64,000 bases of DNA, taken from the NCBI RefSeq assembly GCF_026571515.1, contig NW_026852031.1:434001-498000 (forward strand), in the 5' to 3' direction. The notes beneath the pieces were generated by a model. It was not told the DNA's origin. It made no database searches and was given only the letters and a program-made list of their open reading frames with translations. Origin of the DNA: Ruditapes philippinarum (taxonomy: Eukaryota). The translations under genes were made by a program, and so were the position numbers. Each line of letters opens with the position of its first letter. Position 1 is the stretch's first letter. This document shows, in pieces, positions 52,954-64,000 of this stretch.

Positions 52954-55900
52954 TTCCTACTAACTGATATATACAATTCAAAATTGTTACATATGATAAC
53001 ATGGAAGTTTATGTTGTACCGAGATACACATAACATGATGACATTGCGACTGCACCAGCCTTTTCATTCTTTTTTTCTGACATTCTTTGCAAAATTTATG
53101 TTTTTATAATTTCCACTTAGGTGGCCTTTTAATTATATCTTTCAATATTCTGAATTGTCTTTCAGTCCTCGAGGTATTTATATCCATTCGTTGCAGTTTT
53201 TCAGAGATTGATACCAACTTTTGCAGACAGTTATACCCTGATTTATGGTACATGTATATAATTGAAGATATTCATCGAAATGCAGGCATCTGACAGGACT
53301 TTTAAAAAAAACATTTTTACGGAACATGTCTAAATACTATTGTTGTTGATGGTTTTCACACATTTTTATTCCCGTCAGTATGATATTTATCGAAAAAGTC
53401 GTGAAAATTTCCTTGAGAAAAATATTTGACGTCAACAAAATCATTACGTTTTACTCACCCTTTATTTTATATTCAACTAGTAATAGCAAAATATCTTACG
53501 CGTTGACCCTATATTTTTATTGCATAAATATTTTCTTTTATGACTTCACTACATGTTAAAAAAATTATAGCAAAATTCACCGTGTTGATTTTTTATTATT
53601 TCACAATCTTTATTGCGATATCGCGCGATATTTGCATCAAATATGGACGTCAGAACGTGAGGGAAAATAACGTAAAATCGCAGAGTATTAAGCGAATGTT
53701 CAAGAAAGACATCATTACAAAGACATACATTTACTGAACATTATAAAATTAAAATGAAGGAAATCGGATGAATATTGATAAGAACAGACCGGTTTATTGA
53801 TAAAAAAGACGCAATTTCGCCGCCACCGATAGAGGGCGCTTTGACGTCATAGTAACGCTGTTTATTTATAAAATGATACTGCAGAAGTAAAGCTCACATA
53901 TTATATGTTTGCATACCAAAAATCATCAAGAATTGAGATATTGTCAAATTTAGGTCGGAAAGTAGCGAGCTACCTTAAGTAATTTAAGCCAAATTATGTT
54001 TATGCCTCATGCTAATAATGAGTCATGATTTGAAACGAAGTTAATAGATTATTAACAATGCTGTTCGGCAGTTCGACAATACAATTATTGATTGGTGGAA
54101 ATTAAAGCATTTAACAACTGTCAAAAATAATCAAGAATAAATTACCTAGATAGTATTGAATAACATGTCTCAGGGACTAAAATGACATAATAGAAAGTTG
54201 GAGGAAGACTGAAAATTTGGATAGTTTATCAGAAATAATAGACTCAACAAAACAAAGGGAATATGAAAGGCTGAATAAACCCTTTGAAGGAACATTTGTG
54301 AATATATCTAGGGTTAGGGTTAGATCCAAAAACGATTAAAGATTTCGGATATACATCAAAAGGATTATTGGATATTTATATTGTTATAAAAAATCAAATG
54401 TCTGTTGAAGTCAAAGCTCATGTGTGATGAGTGTGAATAAAGAAAGGCATATTGACAATTAAATGGTAAATATGAATAAAGGCGATAAATCATATGTTAT
54501 TATATGAAATTAGTTTTTGTTTATTTTTTCTTAAATAATTTAGAAAAAAAAGAATATGAATTACAAGCTAGCTTGTCTTTGGAAAACTTCGATTCATTTG
54601 AAGACAATGATAATGCTAGTTTGTTTCAATAAGTCTGGTCACGGTAAGGAATGCAGTATTTAGATATTACAACAGGATATAAATGATATACATGCTGTAA
54701 AAAGGAAATTGCATGCCGAGGGTCGACTTCAAAACTGCAGAAACTTATTTTAAATAAAGGAGGACTTTTAGTTTTAGTTTTGCGACCTTAGGCAGAAAGA
54801 CGAAAATGTATACATTGTACAATTATTATAAAAAGCAATGAAAGCGCGATATTAGAACTGATCAGAACCAAGATGTTATATTTTGTGTTATAGAAATCTC
54901 AGTAATGTGTTGGTTTTTTTAAATATTAGTGGTAGGATTTAAACCCGTTTCCATCAAGTTTCCTGAAGTACCGAAAAGTTGCGATTCCAAAATTTATGGC
55001 TTAGATAACCGTCACAGTAGAAAAAAATTGTGTACGCGCGTTTTTTGGTTTTCTTCATAACTTTTATCTTTCATTAAAGTCAATTATTGTCAGGAATGAC
55101 TCTACTAAAATTAATTCACAGTGTGACATGCTTCCCTGCTGAAAATGTTCCCCGGAATAAAAGTCACAATCCTTAATTAAAATTCATAGCATCAGAAACA
55201 GAAATGATGATCAATAATCAAACACAGAACTTTATATATATTCTGGAGAAGAAAGTTACTCTCTCAATGATTTAGAATATTTCATCTTTTGGTGATGTGT
55301 AGAAACCCAATCTTAACTAATAGTGTGCCAATGCTTATAAGAATTATTCACGATTGCTATGTTAATCTTTAACCCTTATCCATTCAAATTTTTGAAATTT
55401 GTATCAAGCGTTTCAATATGTCTTAAAATACCAAACATTTTAAAATCGTCTTACAGTACCAGACATTTTTTAGACTTCAAATCAATCATACGTTGAAATG
55501 TTGCAGATGAACTGGTAAACTCACCAGCACAGAAAATCCAAAATGTAGTCTGCTTTTTTGAAGCGGTTACTTCCCTTTATATGTACACTAACGCCGAAAA
55601 ATTCAGGGGAGATCACTGCGTAAAGATTGTCTAATGACAGGCGCATTAGTTTTCAAGCAAAATAGTTCCCGAATGGTTGAAGATTTCTAATATTGTTATA
55701 ATTTTTATAGATATACATGCTTATAGTAAGCTCCATGTTTATTTACATCTGTGTTAAACAACAGGTTTAGCGTCAAAAGGATAAGAGTTACAAACCCTAA
55801 TTTAGCATAACACGGTCACTACTCGGGGCCGAAAATTAATAATCGGCCCACTGAAAATAAGCACGTGTAAAAACGGTCAAATATGATGTCACATTTCACT

Positions 55901-56699
55901 TTACCCAAATGGCCTAGATGAAAACTGCAAGTGATGTTTATTTTTTTATGATTTACATGCAGTTATGAAAAGTATTTTGACTTCAATACAATATATTTAT
56001 TCACTTTAACTAAACCGATCGTCAACATAACAAAATCAAATGACAAATGAGTATTTTTGGAAAGTGTAACAAGATACCAAAATTAAAAATGTTTTTGAGA
56101 AAAAAATATGTAAGCATTTCTGAGTAGAAAATGGCCTTTAGGGAAATTAATTTATACACGTCAGAGACGGACTGGAAAGTAATAATCGTAAGTCTTGGGC
56201 TGAATCCCTCATGCCAGTTTTATTTTTTATTTAGACGAACGGTTTTCACATTCCGATCCTATCTGCCGTGTATTAAAAAATGCAACAGTAGCGCTTGCTC
56301 GTTTGAATGTTTCTGTTAATACATGTTTTCTGCCTCTTTAATGTAAACCTGCGTGTTTTATGAAAGAATCATTTTTAGAACATAGGTCAATAGTCGCATT
56401 AATCAGTGTATGAATAATAAAATTCTCACTTTTAATAAATATTTCATGTATTACATCGTTAATATGTAATTAATCATACCATACGTAAAATCATCAATAG
56501 TGTAACTGTAAGATATATATTATTAATAAAATCACAAGTTTTGTGCGCATGTATATAACATTAAGATAACATACAAAATATTTTAGAATTCAATTAATAG
56601 ACATAGTAAATAATTTATATATGCGTTATATACTGACGTTAAAGTACAACGTGACATAAATATTTAAAGAGAAGTTGGGGTAAATAAAAGTTTTTTCTA

Positions 56700-57385
56700 A
56701 TCACCGGAGACGATTCATTCATTTGATTACAAAAAGTGTTTGCCTTTTAACTCGCCTTTTAATTCACTGACAGGTGCGTAATAACTACCACTATTTCGTC
56801 ATTTTCCTTAGCTTTTGTCACTGGACCGCCGCATCTGTCATCATACAGTAATGTTTTTCGTCCTCGGCTGTACCGTATGTGCCATTTGTACACTGACGAC
56901 CGAACAACGGGTTTCTTCTTCGTTAACTCTGATCGTTTCAATAGTTCTACACCTGACCTGCAGTATGCACACGTCTAAACAGAATTGAATAACTGTCTTT
57001 TGATTCATTTTATCTTTCGATGTCATTTTTTCGTAGTATCGTTTTACTGCTCACAATCAAAACTGAATACACGTAAAACAAGTTGAGTAACTTGTACAAC
57101 CGCAAATGGTGTTACGTCTTTAATTAATACACATTTTCTATAGTATAGAATGATTTTGAAATTATATTAGTAGAAAAACAAAAACGTTGTTTGAAATTTT
57201 GTGTCGGGCACATCCCTTACGAGCACGTTAATTTGGTTACTGTAACTTCTGTATGTCATTTCGAAATTATTTGATTATTAAATATCGATGTGGAATACAT
57301 AAATGTTTGTGAATTTCCGGTAGTTTACCACGATTAATAAGAAATTAATTAGATGTGTTCCACTGCTTCTGGATAACTCCTCGTA
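56700..57385 (-). mobile_element. Mariner/Tc1 transposon 5' remnant
   Basis: TIR TACGAGGAGTTATCCAGAAG ending in TA at 57384-57385. Frameshifted HTH peptides QKTVIQFC and SSVYKWHIRYSRGRKTLLYDDRCGGP. Confidence 0.75.
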
Positions 57386-57554
57386 TTTTAAACCAAACTG
57401 TTAAGAAAACTATAAATGTCAGGCGTATTGTTGGTTCTCTCCTAAAACTCCAATTACTAAATCATCTGACGTTGCGAGCTTACTCAATATTTCGAAATGA
57501 ATATTTTCTAATGTTTTTGCTAATAAAGCTATTTATTACTTTTTCAGATAAAAG

Positions 57555-58296
57555 ATGGATTCAATACTGTCAGAAATTTCACAATTCCTCGGAGTTAGAG
57601 AAGAGACCTTAACTACCTTAAAGAAAATAAAATCTGAAATTGATGAAGTCGATAAGAATGCCAGACATGCAAATCTGGTCACAAAGGTGGTATCTCTTTG
57701 TGCTGGCATTACTTCTGCTGTATGTACAATTGCAACACCATTTACACGCAGGAGCAAGTGCACCTGTAGCCGCAGGAATGGCTATTTTATGTGGAACAAG
57801 CGCGGCCGCTTCTGCTGGCCTTTCACTTGTTAAACATTTCAATGAATCTGATCTCATGAAAACTGCATCTGAAGTAATAAAAAAAGATCAACGAGCTAAA
57901 GAAAGATTGCAAGCAGCCGCTAAAACTATTAGAGCACTAGCATCAAATTTTAACAATACCATTCAATTTTTAGAAAAAGCTGCACAGATCGGAGTAATAA
58001 CTACCAAGGAAGTAAATGCAGTTCTCAAACTAGCTGGAACAGCAAAAGGCTGCAGCGATTGCGACAAAGGACGCAAATGTTTTAGATAAAGTGACGAAAG
58101 TCGCAAAAATCGCCGGTCCAGTTCTTCTTTTTGTAAGCATTCCTCTTGACATAATGGGCATCATTGCTGATATGCTCGAAAGAGGAAAGATATCTGAAGC
58201 AAGTAAACAAATTCAAAAGAATATACAGGAATTGCAAAACGATATAAGACTGTGAGAAGCGAATACGGTCAAATAAAGGCTGTTTTAAATATCTGA
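57555..58296 (+). pseudogene. Apolipoprotein L-like copy 2, frameshifted
   Basis: Colinear with copy 1 from ATG to TGA, with +1 near 57749, +1 near 58045 (A-run) and -1 near 58242. Sequencing error not excluded. Confidence 0.8.
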
Positions 58297-58533
58297 ACTT
58301 CATCTTAAAAAGTTTTTTTTTCCAAAAAGTGATGGCAGTTTGTTTTTCTTATCCCATTATATCAAAAAATTGATATAAAGTATATTCAATTTGAATTTAT
58401 TTAATATCATATTGACATTTATTTAATTTCGCTGTACAAATGATGGACATTTGAGCAGAAGGATATATGTAACAGCAACATTAACATTTGCTTTTGTAGT
58501 GATAAAATAATGATAATATATTGTAACATAGTC

Positions 58534-60422
58534 AACGTCGTCGCCTTTTCCTAAAAATGTCCTAACTCCATTTTTACCAAAAATGAGATAACTGCACATT
58601 TATTTTAGTATTAGTTTGTTCTATCTCCAAAACAAAACATGTAAAGATTTGCGTCATACTTTAATAGATATAGCGTCTGTATTTTGTTCTATGTCCAATG
58701 GAAAGCTTTGCTGTTAGCCTTTTTTCGTCGTATCTCCAACACATGTAACACTTTTAGGCTAATCTTTCGTGCCAGCCAATCAAGTTGAAAAATATATGTC
58801 ATGTGACCTGAAGGGGCCTGACAATATAATTGTTCTAACTCCAGTGATAACAACAATAATCGTATCTAAATCAGCCATCTAACTAGGAAAGTAACAGTTT
58901 AAAAAATGATTTCTGAAGAATGTAAGTAATATATTTTAGCTTTTATACGTTTTATAAGTGAATTTATATTTTGCATTAGTATTTGTTTCATCGTATTATG
59001 ATTCTTTTATATATATTTCTCAAAGTTTGACAATCACATAATTTCGGATAACCATATTCGGATATTCTTATGAACTATTTGGAGTATCGAACATTGTTGT
59101 TGTTTAATTGTTAATGCTATTATTTTGTCAATTTCCGGTCAGACTTACATATATTTTCAGACGTTGTCCTTACAGAAATGTTGTCTCTTAGAACTTGTGA
59201 CTGCAGTTAGCAGAACTTCCACAAAACTATGGAATTTTATATCAACAACATCAAGTCTGTGGGGAAATTTTGAGTTGCCATCAGTTTCAGATAAATCATT
59301 GTTTCAAGTCTTAAGATATTCACAAAAGATTTAGATATTTAACATTCCAATAGGATCGGAATACCACTGTCTTGTCTAAACATAGATTTTAAGTTTGCAT
59401 GCGTGTTTCAGTGTTCTCCGGGTCACCAATGATTACATATTTATTAGATAATAGCAGAATTCTTAAAGCACAATACGGCATGATCTAAAATGTTGCCGGC
59501 TCGGTTTGATTTAGCCTGTTCATGGACGATATTATTAGAATGTCCAGTATCTACGTTGTTCGACAAACACCAAAATGGGAGATCGCAAAATTCACTGGAT
59601 GTAAAATCTTGAAAACGACGATTTTGCAATCTTGAAAGATTGTTAAGATATTTTTTCATACGCTGATATTAAACCACAAACAATACTTGAGACTTTGAGA
59701 GGCGGTATAAATGCATGTGGTATTGACTTTAATTGTGTGAATTAAAAAAAAGTTTTTGGTAATATAATTTGGATATGTATTCATTTAATCACAATATTAG
59801 AGATTGTTACAATAATTTCATTTTTCATAATGGTACAAAATATGTCAGTTTGTTTTAGCAAGTTCATTGATTAAAACTTTTGTGAAATGCTTGTTTTTCT
59901 TTTTTTTATGGCACACTTTTATATTGTCATTATCGAAAAAGGCCCAAGATGCAGATCACGTGAATGAATTTACACTTTGACAAAGTAATTTTCAAAGATA
60001 AAGTGATTCAGTGTCAGCGGTTCAACCACTCTAGCTGAAAATGTTCTTTAGAATATAAAAATAGACTTATATTCTATAGTAAAATTATTACTCTTAAAAA
60101 ATGCTAACTCAAAAAGAATTTACAATTTTAGCCTTACTTTGTCATATCTCCGCAAACTCATTTTTAGAGTAATTTTTTTATCTAAAAATAAACATTTTTG
60201 GTCTATCTCCAAATATTTTTTTTAATTTTTTCAATTACTGCAAATTATAAAGGTATATAACAAAGTGCTTTCATCACATGTTGACATAAATAATACCAAT
60301 CCAGAAGTCCACACTGATAGGAGTTATTAAACAAAAGTTACAAAGTCTTGAACCTTTAACCCCTTTTTCCCAAAAAAGAGGAAATTGTAGATACACCATT
60401 TTTAGAATAGGGCGACGACGTG
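58534..60422. mobile_element. ~1.9-kb TIR DNA transposon derivative inserted downstream of ApoL copy 2
   Basis: TIR ACGTCGTCGCCTTTTCCTAAAAATG / CATTTTTAGAATAGGGCGACGACGT. The paralogous flank after copy 1 (~50755-50780) shows the empty site. Confidence 0.8.
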
Positions 60423-61246
60423 AAGACCACATCTGACCACATCTGTATGCTAATAATTAAATTATCTTATAATGTGAATTGATGCATTAAATCATTAAAA
60501 TCATGCACTACAGTTAAAACTTTTATATCTGCATACATGTAAAGTCTGAATTGTGTAACGTATCTTTAAAAGCAATATTTTTGTTAATTTCATTGAAAAT
60601 GCAGCGAGTGTATTGTCTATCTAAGCATGTTTGGTGTTAATTGTATTTCATTTATATTTTAATTCAATACATCAATTGATTATAGCGTTTTCAATGTTTA
60701 CATTTCAGACTTGAGATATTATAGCAAATATGTCGGTTCACTATGATTGAATAACAGCAAGTAATTAATAACTATAGAGGACTGTATCTTGTTTCAAAAA
60801 CGTATAATAAAAAATAGAATGTGTAAATGGCGATTTGTAAATGAAGAGTACTTATATAATGTGTAATCTTTAGTTCAAAAGTACATACCGTTTTAATTAT
60901 TGAAATACGACGCTTAGTGCTTCGTTTTATAACTGACCCCTACGTAACAATATCATTAATATGATATTCATCAAGACAACAATCACATGATACATGTATA
61001 TAAATGATGATGGCAATAGATATTGATAAAATGATTGTGCGTTCGCATGATTATATTGATGTTTATTTCTTTACTATTATAATGTACATGTATATAAATC
61101 ATGTTAAATTAAAAAAAAAGTTTTCAAGGGACGCCCAAAAGTGCAAAATTGAAAGGTTGCGGGCTCAGTTTAACTTAGTCTTTTCATGGGCGTAGTTGTA
61201 AATTTTGGAATTAGAAAACATCAACAGATGTTCATTTGATTAGAAT

Positions 61247-61465
61247 TGATTGGATTATTCGTCGCACCGACACAGTATAGGTCATATGGCGACGTTCCAG
61301 TTTTACAAGTGGAGGGAGACCTGAGGTACCCATCCATGCATTATTTCAGGCACAGACGGGCACCCGAGTAGAACAACCGGCGTTCCTTTAGCCAGCTGGA
61401 TAGCTTCCTCACACGAAAGAACTCATAGCGGTGAGAGTCAAGTGGTTGAAGTCACGGACGGCCTA
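61247..61465 (-). mobile_element. tRNA-derived SINE (V-domain-like core)
   Basis: Minus strand GTGAGGAAGCTATCCAGCTGGC...GGTTGTTCTACTCGGGTGCCCG...CCCTCCAC body with a degenerate tRNA head. Confidence 0.6.
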
Positions 61466-61499
61466 GATGTTCATACGGATGGATTCATATGTTTTGAGA

Positions 61500-61850
61500 C
61501 TGACCAGGTACCATTCGTATGGTCAAAGAATATTATAAATCGTATTTCTAAATCTGGCTCTAAAGACCCAAAAGACCCTAAGTATTCTACTATGTATAGT
61601 AATGATTTAAATGAACGTATTGTAAAGTGGACTGAAAGTAATGATCTAATTGATGAAGAGCAAAATGGTTTCCGCTAAAAACGTAGTACTGTAGACCATT
61701 ATCAAATATAATTGATACATGGAAAACAAAATACATTTTGCGCATTCATTGACTTTAGGTAAGTATTCGATTCAGTCAACAGATCAACTTTATTACGTGA
61801 GCTTTATGAATGTAGTATGTCAACCAAGACGCTCTCAGTAATTATGTATT
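61500..61850 (+). mobile_element. Non-LTR retrotransposon (LINE, CR1/L2-like) RT fragment
   Basis: LNERIVKWTESNDLIDEEQNGFR*KRSTVDH...TFCAFIDFR..FDSVNR, which are RT domain 0-2 motifs. Confidence 0.8.
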
Positions 61851-63554
61851 ATATGATATGAACACTGACATATAGATAGAAATCTCATTCGTTCTCGGCC
61901 CTACAATTAACGAATTTATGCCAAATTGTATTTATGTCTCATGCTTATTAGTCATGATTTGAATGACGTAACCAGAGTTGAAATATTGGTTTAAGGTAAT
62001 TGGATATCATAATACAACTATCGATCTTTGGAAAATAATATAGAATTTAACAACTTTGAAAACTAAAACTAAAAATATTTACGTAGTGTTGCATAACATG
62101 TCACAGGACAAAAAATTACATAATAGAGTTGTTGAAGGTTGCTTAATAATAGAGTTGTTGAAGGTTGCTTATAGACTTAAATATTGGGATTGTTTATCAG
62201 AAATAACACTAAAAAAGGGAGAATATGAGATACTGAATATAACTTTACGAGGAACATTTGCAGAGCCATTTAAAGAGTTATCAAAGATTCCGGATCTGTA
62301 TCAAAAGGTAATTTAAAACTATTTTGTTTTAAAGTTAAGAAACCCAACTGTCAGTTGAAGTCAAAACTTATGTATGAAGAGTGAATATAAAGAAGGATAT
62401 GTTGACAATGTACTTTTAATATGAGTAAAAACGATAAATCAGAAATTAGTTATAGTTTTTCCCAAAATAATATAGAAAAAAATACTTACAAGATTGTAGT
62501 TGGAAAACTTCGAGTCAGGACATTGAAAGAAAGTGATTTCAGAAAGTTTGGTTACGGTAAGCAATAATTCATTTAAATATTACTCTTGAAAAATATACAT
62601 ACATGCTGTAAAAAGAAAAAGACAAGCGTCATTTAACATGAAGGTGTACAATAATAATGAAAGCAATTAAAGCGCGATATGTAAACAAATCGGAACCAAG
62701 GTGCAAAACTTAGTGTAAAGTCAGTAAATAAGTAAAATTGTTACTTGTTTGTTGATAACAAAAGATTCTTCTCAGGATACAAGACGATTTAATTATTTTT
62801 ATCAAAAGATTCCGGAAAATACTGAAAATTTGAGATTCTGAAGTTTGCGAAAAGAAATGAAAAAAAAAATGCGAATGAGAATCTTTGCTTACTAGAGCGA
62901 ATAAAGTATGACATATATGGTTTCAACTGAAAATGTCGGTCTCGTGAAAAAGCTATATGTGACTTTTTTTCTAAGAACTGTTCCTACTACAGTAACTGAT
63001 CTGAGATGAAATTCAATTTTCAACACCGCTTTTGACACCCATCTGCCCTTATAAGCAACTTTAAGATGCTTGGCATTGCCCAAGGGACTCGAACTGATTT
63101 CAAAGATTCAAATCACCTTAAGACTGTGTATAGGCCACAACACAATCTGTTTTGGGGCAAGATTGTTTTGCTAGTTTACCTGTCGCATATATGGATAACC
63201 CCATGATTGTTCTCGAAATCGTGAAACTCCCCTCCTCAGTATTGGTTTTCCCAGGGTTAAAATTAGAAACCACATCGCTTTCAAAATTATGAAAGCTCGC
63301 CAATGATTGGCTGTGTGAATAGTCATCAGAAATAATTTCGTATATGGCCACGGTCAGATCTATAAGCAGAGCGTTATTAAGAGCTGATTTTAACCAGATT
63401 GAATGATTTTATTTAATGATAAAATCACCGTTGGGGATATATTTTTTCTTAAACAAATCACTGTAATCTGCATTTTTCGAGTGAATATAATAAGCGCTCA
63501 TTTCCTCCAATTAGAAATTAATAAATCTTTCTTTTCGAATTTTGCAGATAAAAG

Positions 63555-64000
63555 ATGGAATCAGTACTAAAGACAAACCCAGTACTGACAGACATTCTGC
63601 AATTCCTCGAAGCACGAGGGGTGACTATAACAATCTTGAAGAAAATAAAATCTGAAATTGATGTAGCTGTTAAGAATGCCAGACATGCAAATCTGGCCAC
63701 AAAGGTGGTGTCTCTTGGTGCTGGCATTACTACCGCCGTTTGTTTAGTTGCTACACCACTAACCGCAGGAGCAAGTGCACCTGTAGCTGCAGGGATGGCT
63801 GTTTTAAGTGGAACAAGTGCTGCCGTTTCTGCTGGTGTTACGGTTATAAAAAATATCAAAGAATCTGGTCTCATGAAAACTGCATCAGAGGTAATAAAAA
63901 AAGATCAACGAGCTAAAGAAAGGTTTCAAGCAGCCGCTGAAACATTAAGAACACTGGCATCAATTTCAAGTAATACTGCTGATCTTTTGGAAATAGCTGC
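63555..64000 (+). CDS. Apolipoprotein L-like copy 3 (open to window end, 3'-partial)
   Basis: TTTGCAG acceptor, then MESVLKTNPVLTDILQFLEARGVTITILKKIKSEIDVAVKNARHANLATKVVSLGAGITTAVCLVATPLTAGASAPVAAGMAVLSG..., no stop in 148 codons. Confidence 0.88.
   Translation, partial: MESVLKTNPVLTDILQFLEARGVTITILKKIKSEIDVAVKNARHANLATKVVSLGAGITTAVCLVATPLTAGASAPVAAGMAVLSGTSAAVSAGVTVIKNIKESGLMKTASEVIKKDQRAKERFQAAAETLRTLASISSNTADLLEIA

Noticed and set aside
53300-53980. Kolobok-like element ending ...GAGCTACCTTAA
   Set aside because: Only one plausible end was seen, with no matching left TIR or TTAA.
62892-63351. Two minus-strand ORFs upstream of ApoL copy 3
   Set aside because: No recognisable motif. Possibly an old LINE remnant, but not supportable.

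Overview
This is AT-rich eukaryotic (metazoan) genomic DNA with spliceosomal introns and one 130-N assembly gap (37248-37377). The SINE, MITE and Penelope-like content suggests a bivalve mollusc, which is an inference. Host genes: a 4-exon N-acylated, globin X-like globin (+, 15400-20721, 181 aa; the ORF track catches only part of exon 2); a small 2-exon RBR-family RING2/Rcat-only gene with a perfect kappaB site just upstream (-, 31615-30612); an ELOVL6-like elongase with a single coding exon (-, 34625-33807); and a tandem array of three apolipoprotein L-like genes (+; 49526 intact, 57555 frameshifted, 63555 open to the window end). About 38010-47468 is a nested LTR complex. A PNMA-gag Gypsy contains a complete Mag-type Gypsy (5-bp TSD CTAAG). 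Between its own 5' LTR and gag it also carries an extra PBS-PPT-mini-LTR unit whose LTR holds a tRNA-Lys-like Pol III promoter. The rest is tRNA-SINEs, hAT/P/Sola/mariner/Helentron-type relics, micro- and minisatellites, and many copies of a ~630-bp hairpin-rich dispersed and tandem repeat with stem covariation. Top candidates for something new: the tRNA-LTR 'hitchhiker' inside the Gypsy, the stand-alone Rcat microprotein, the invertebrate ApoL array, and the structured 630-bp repeat.
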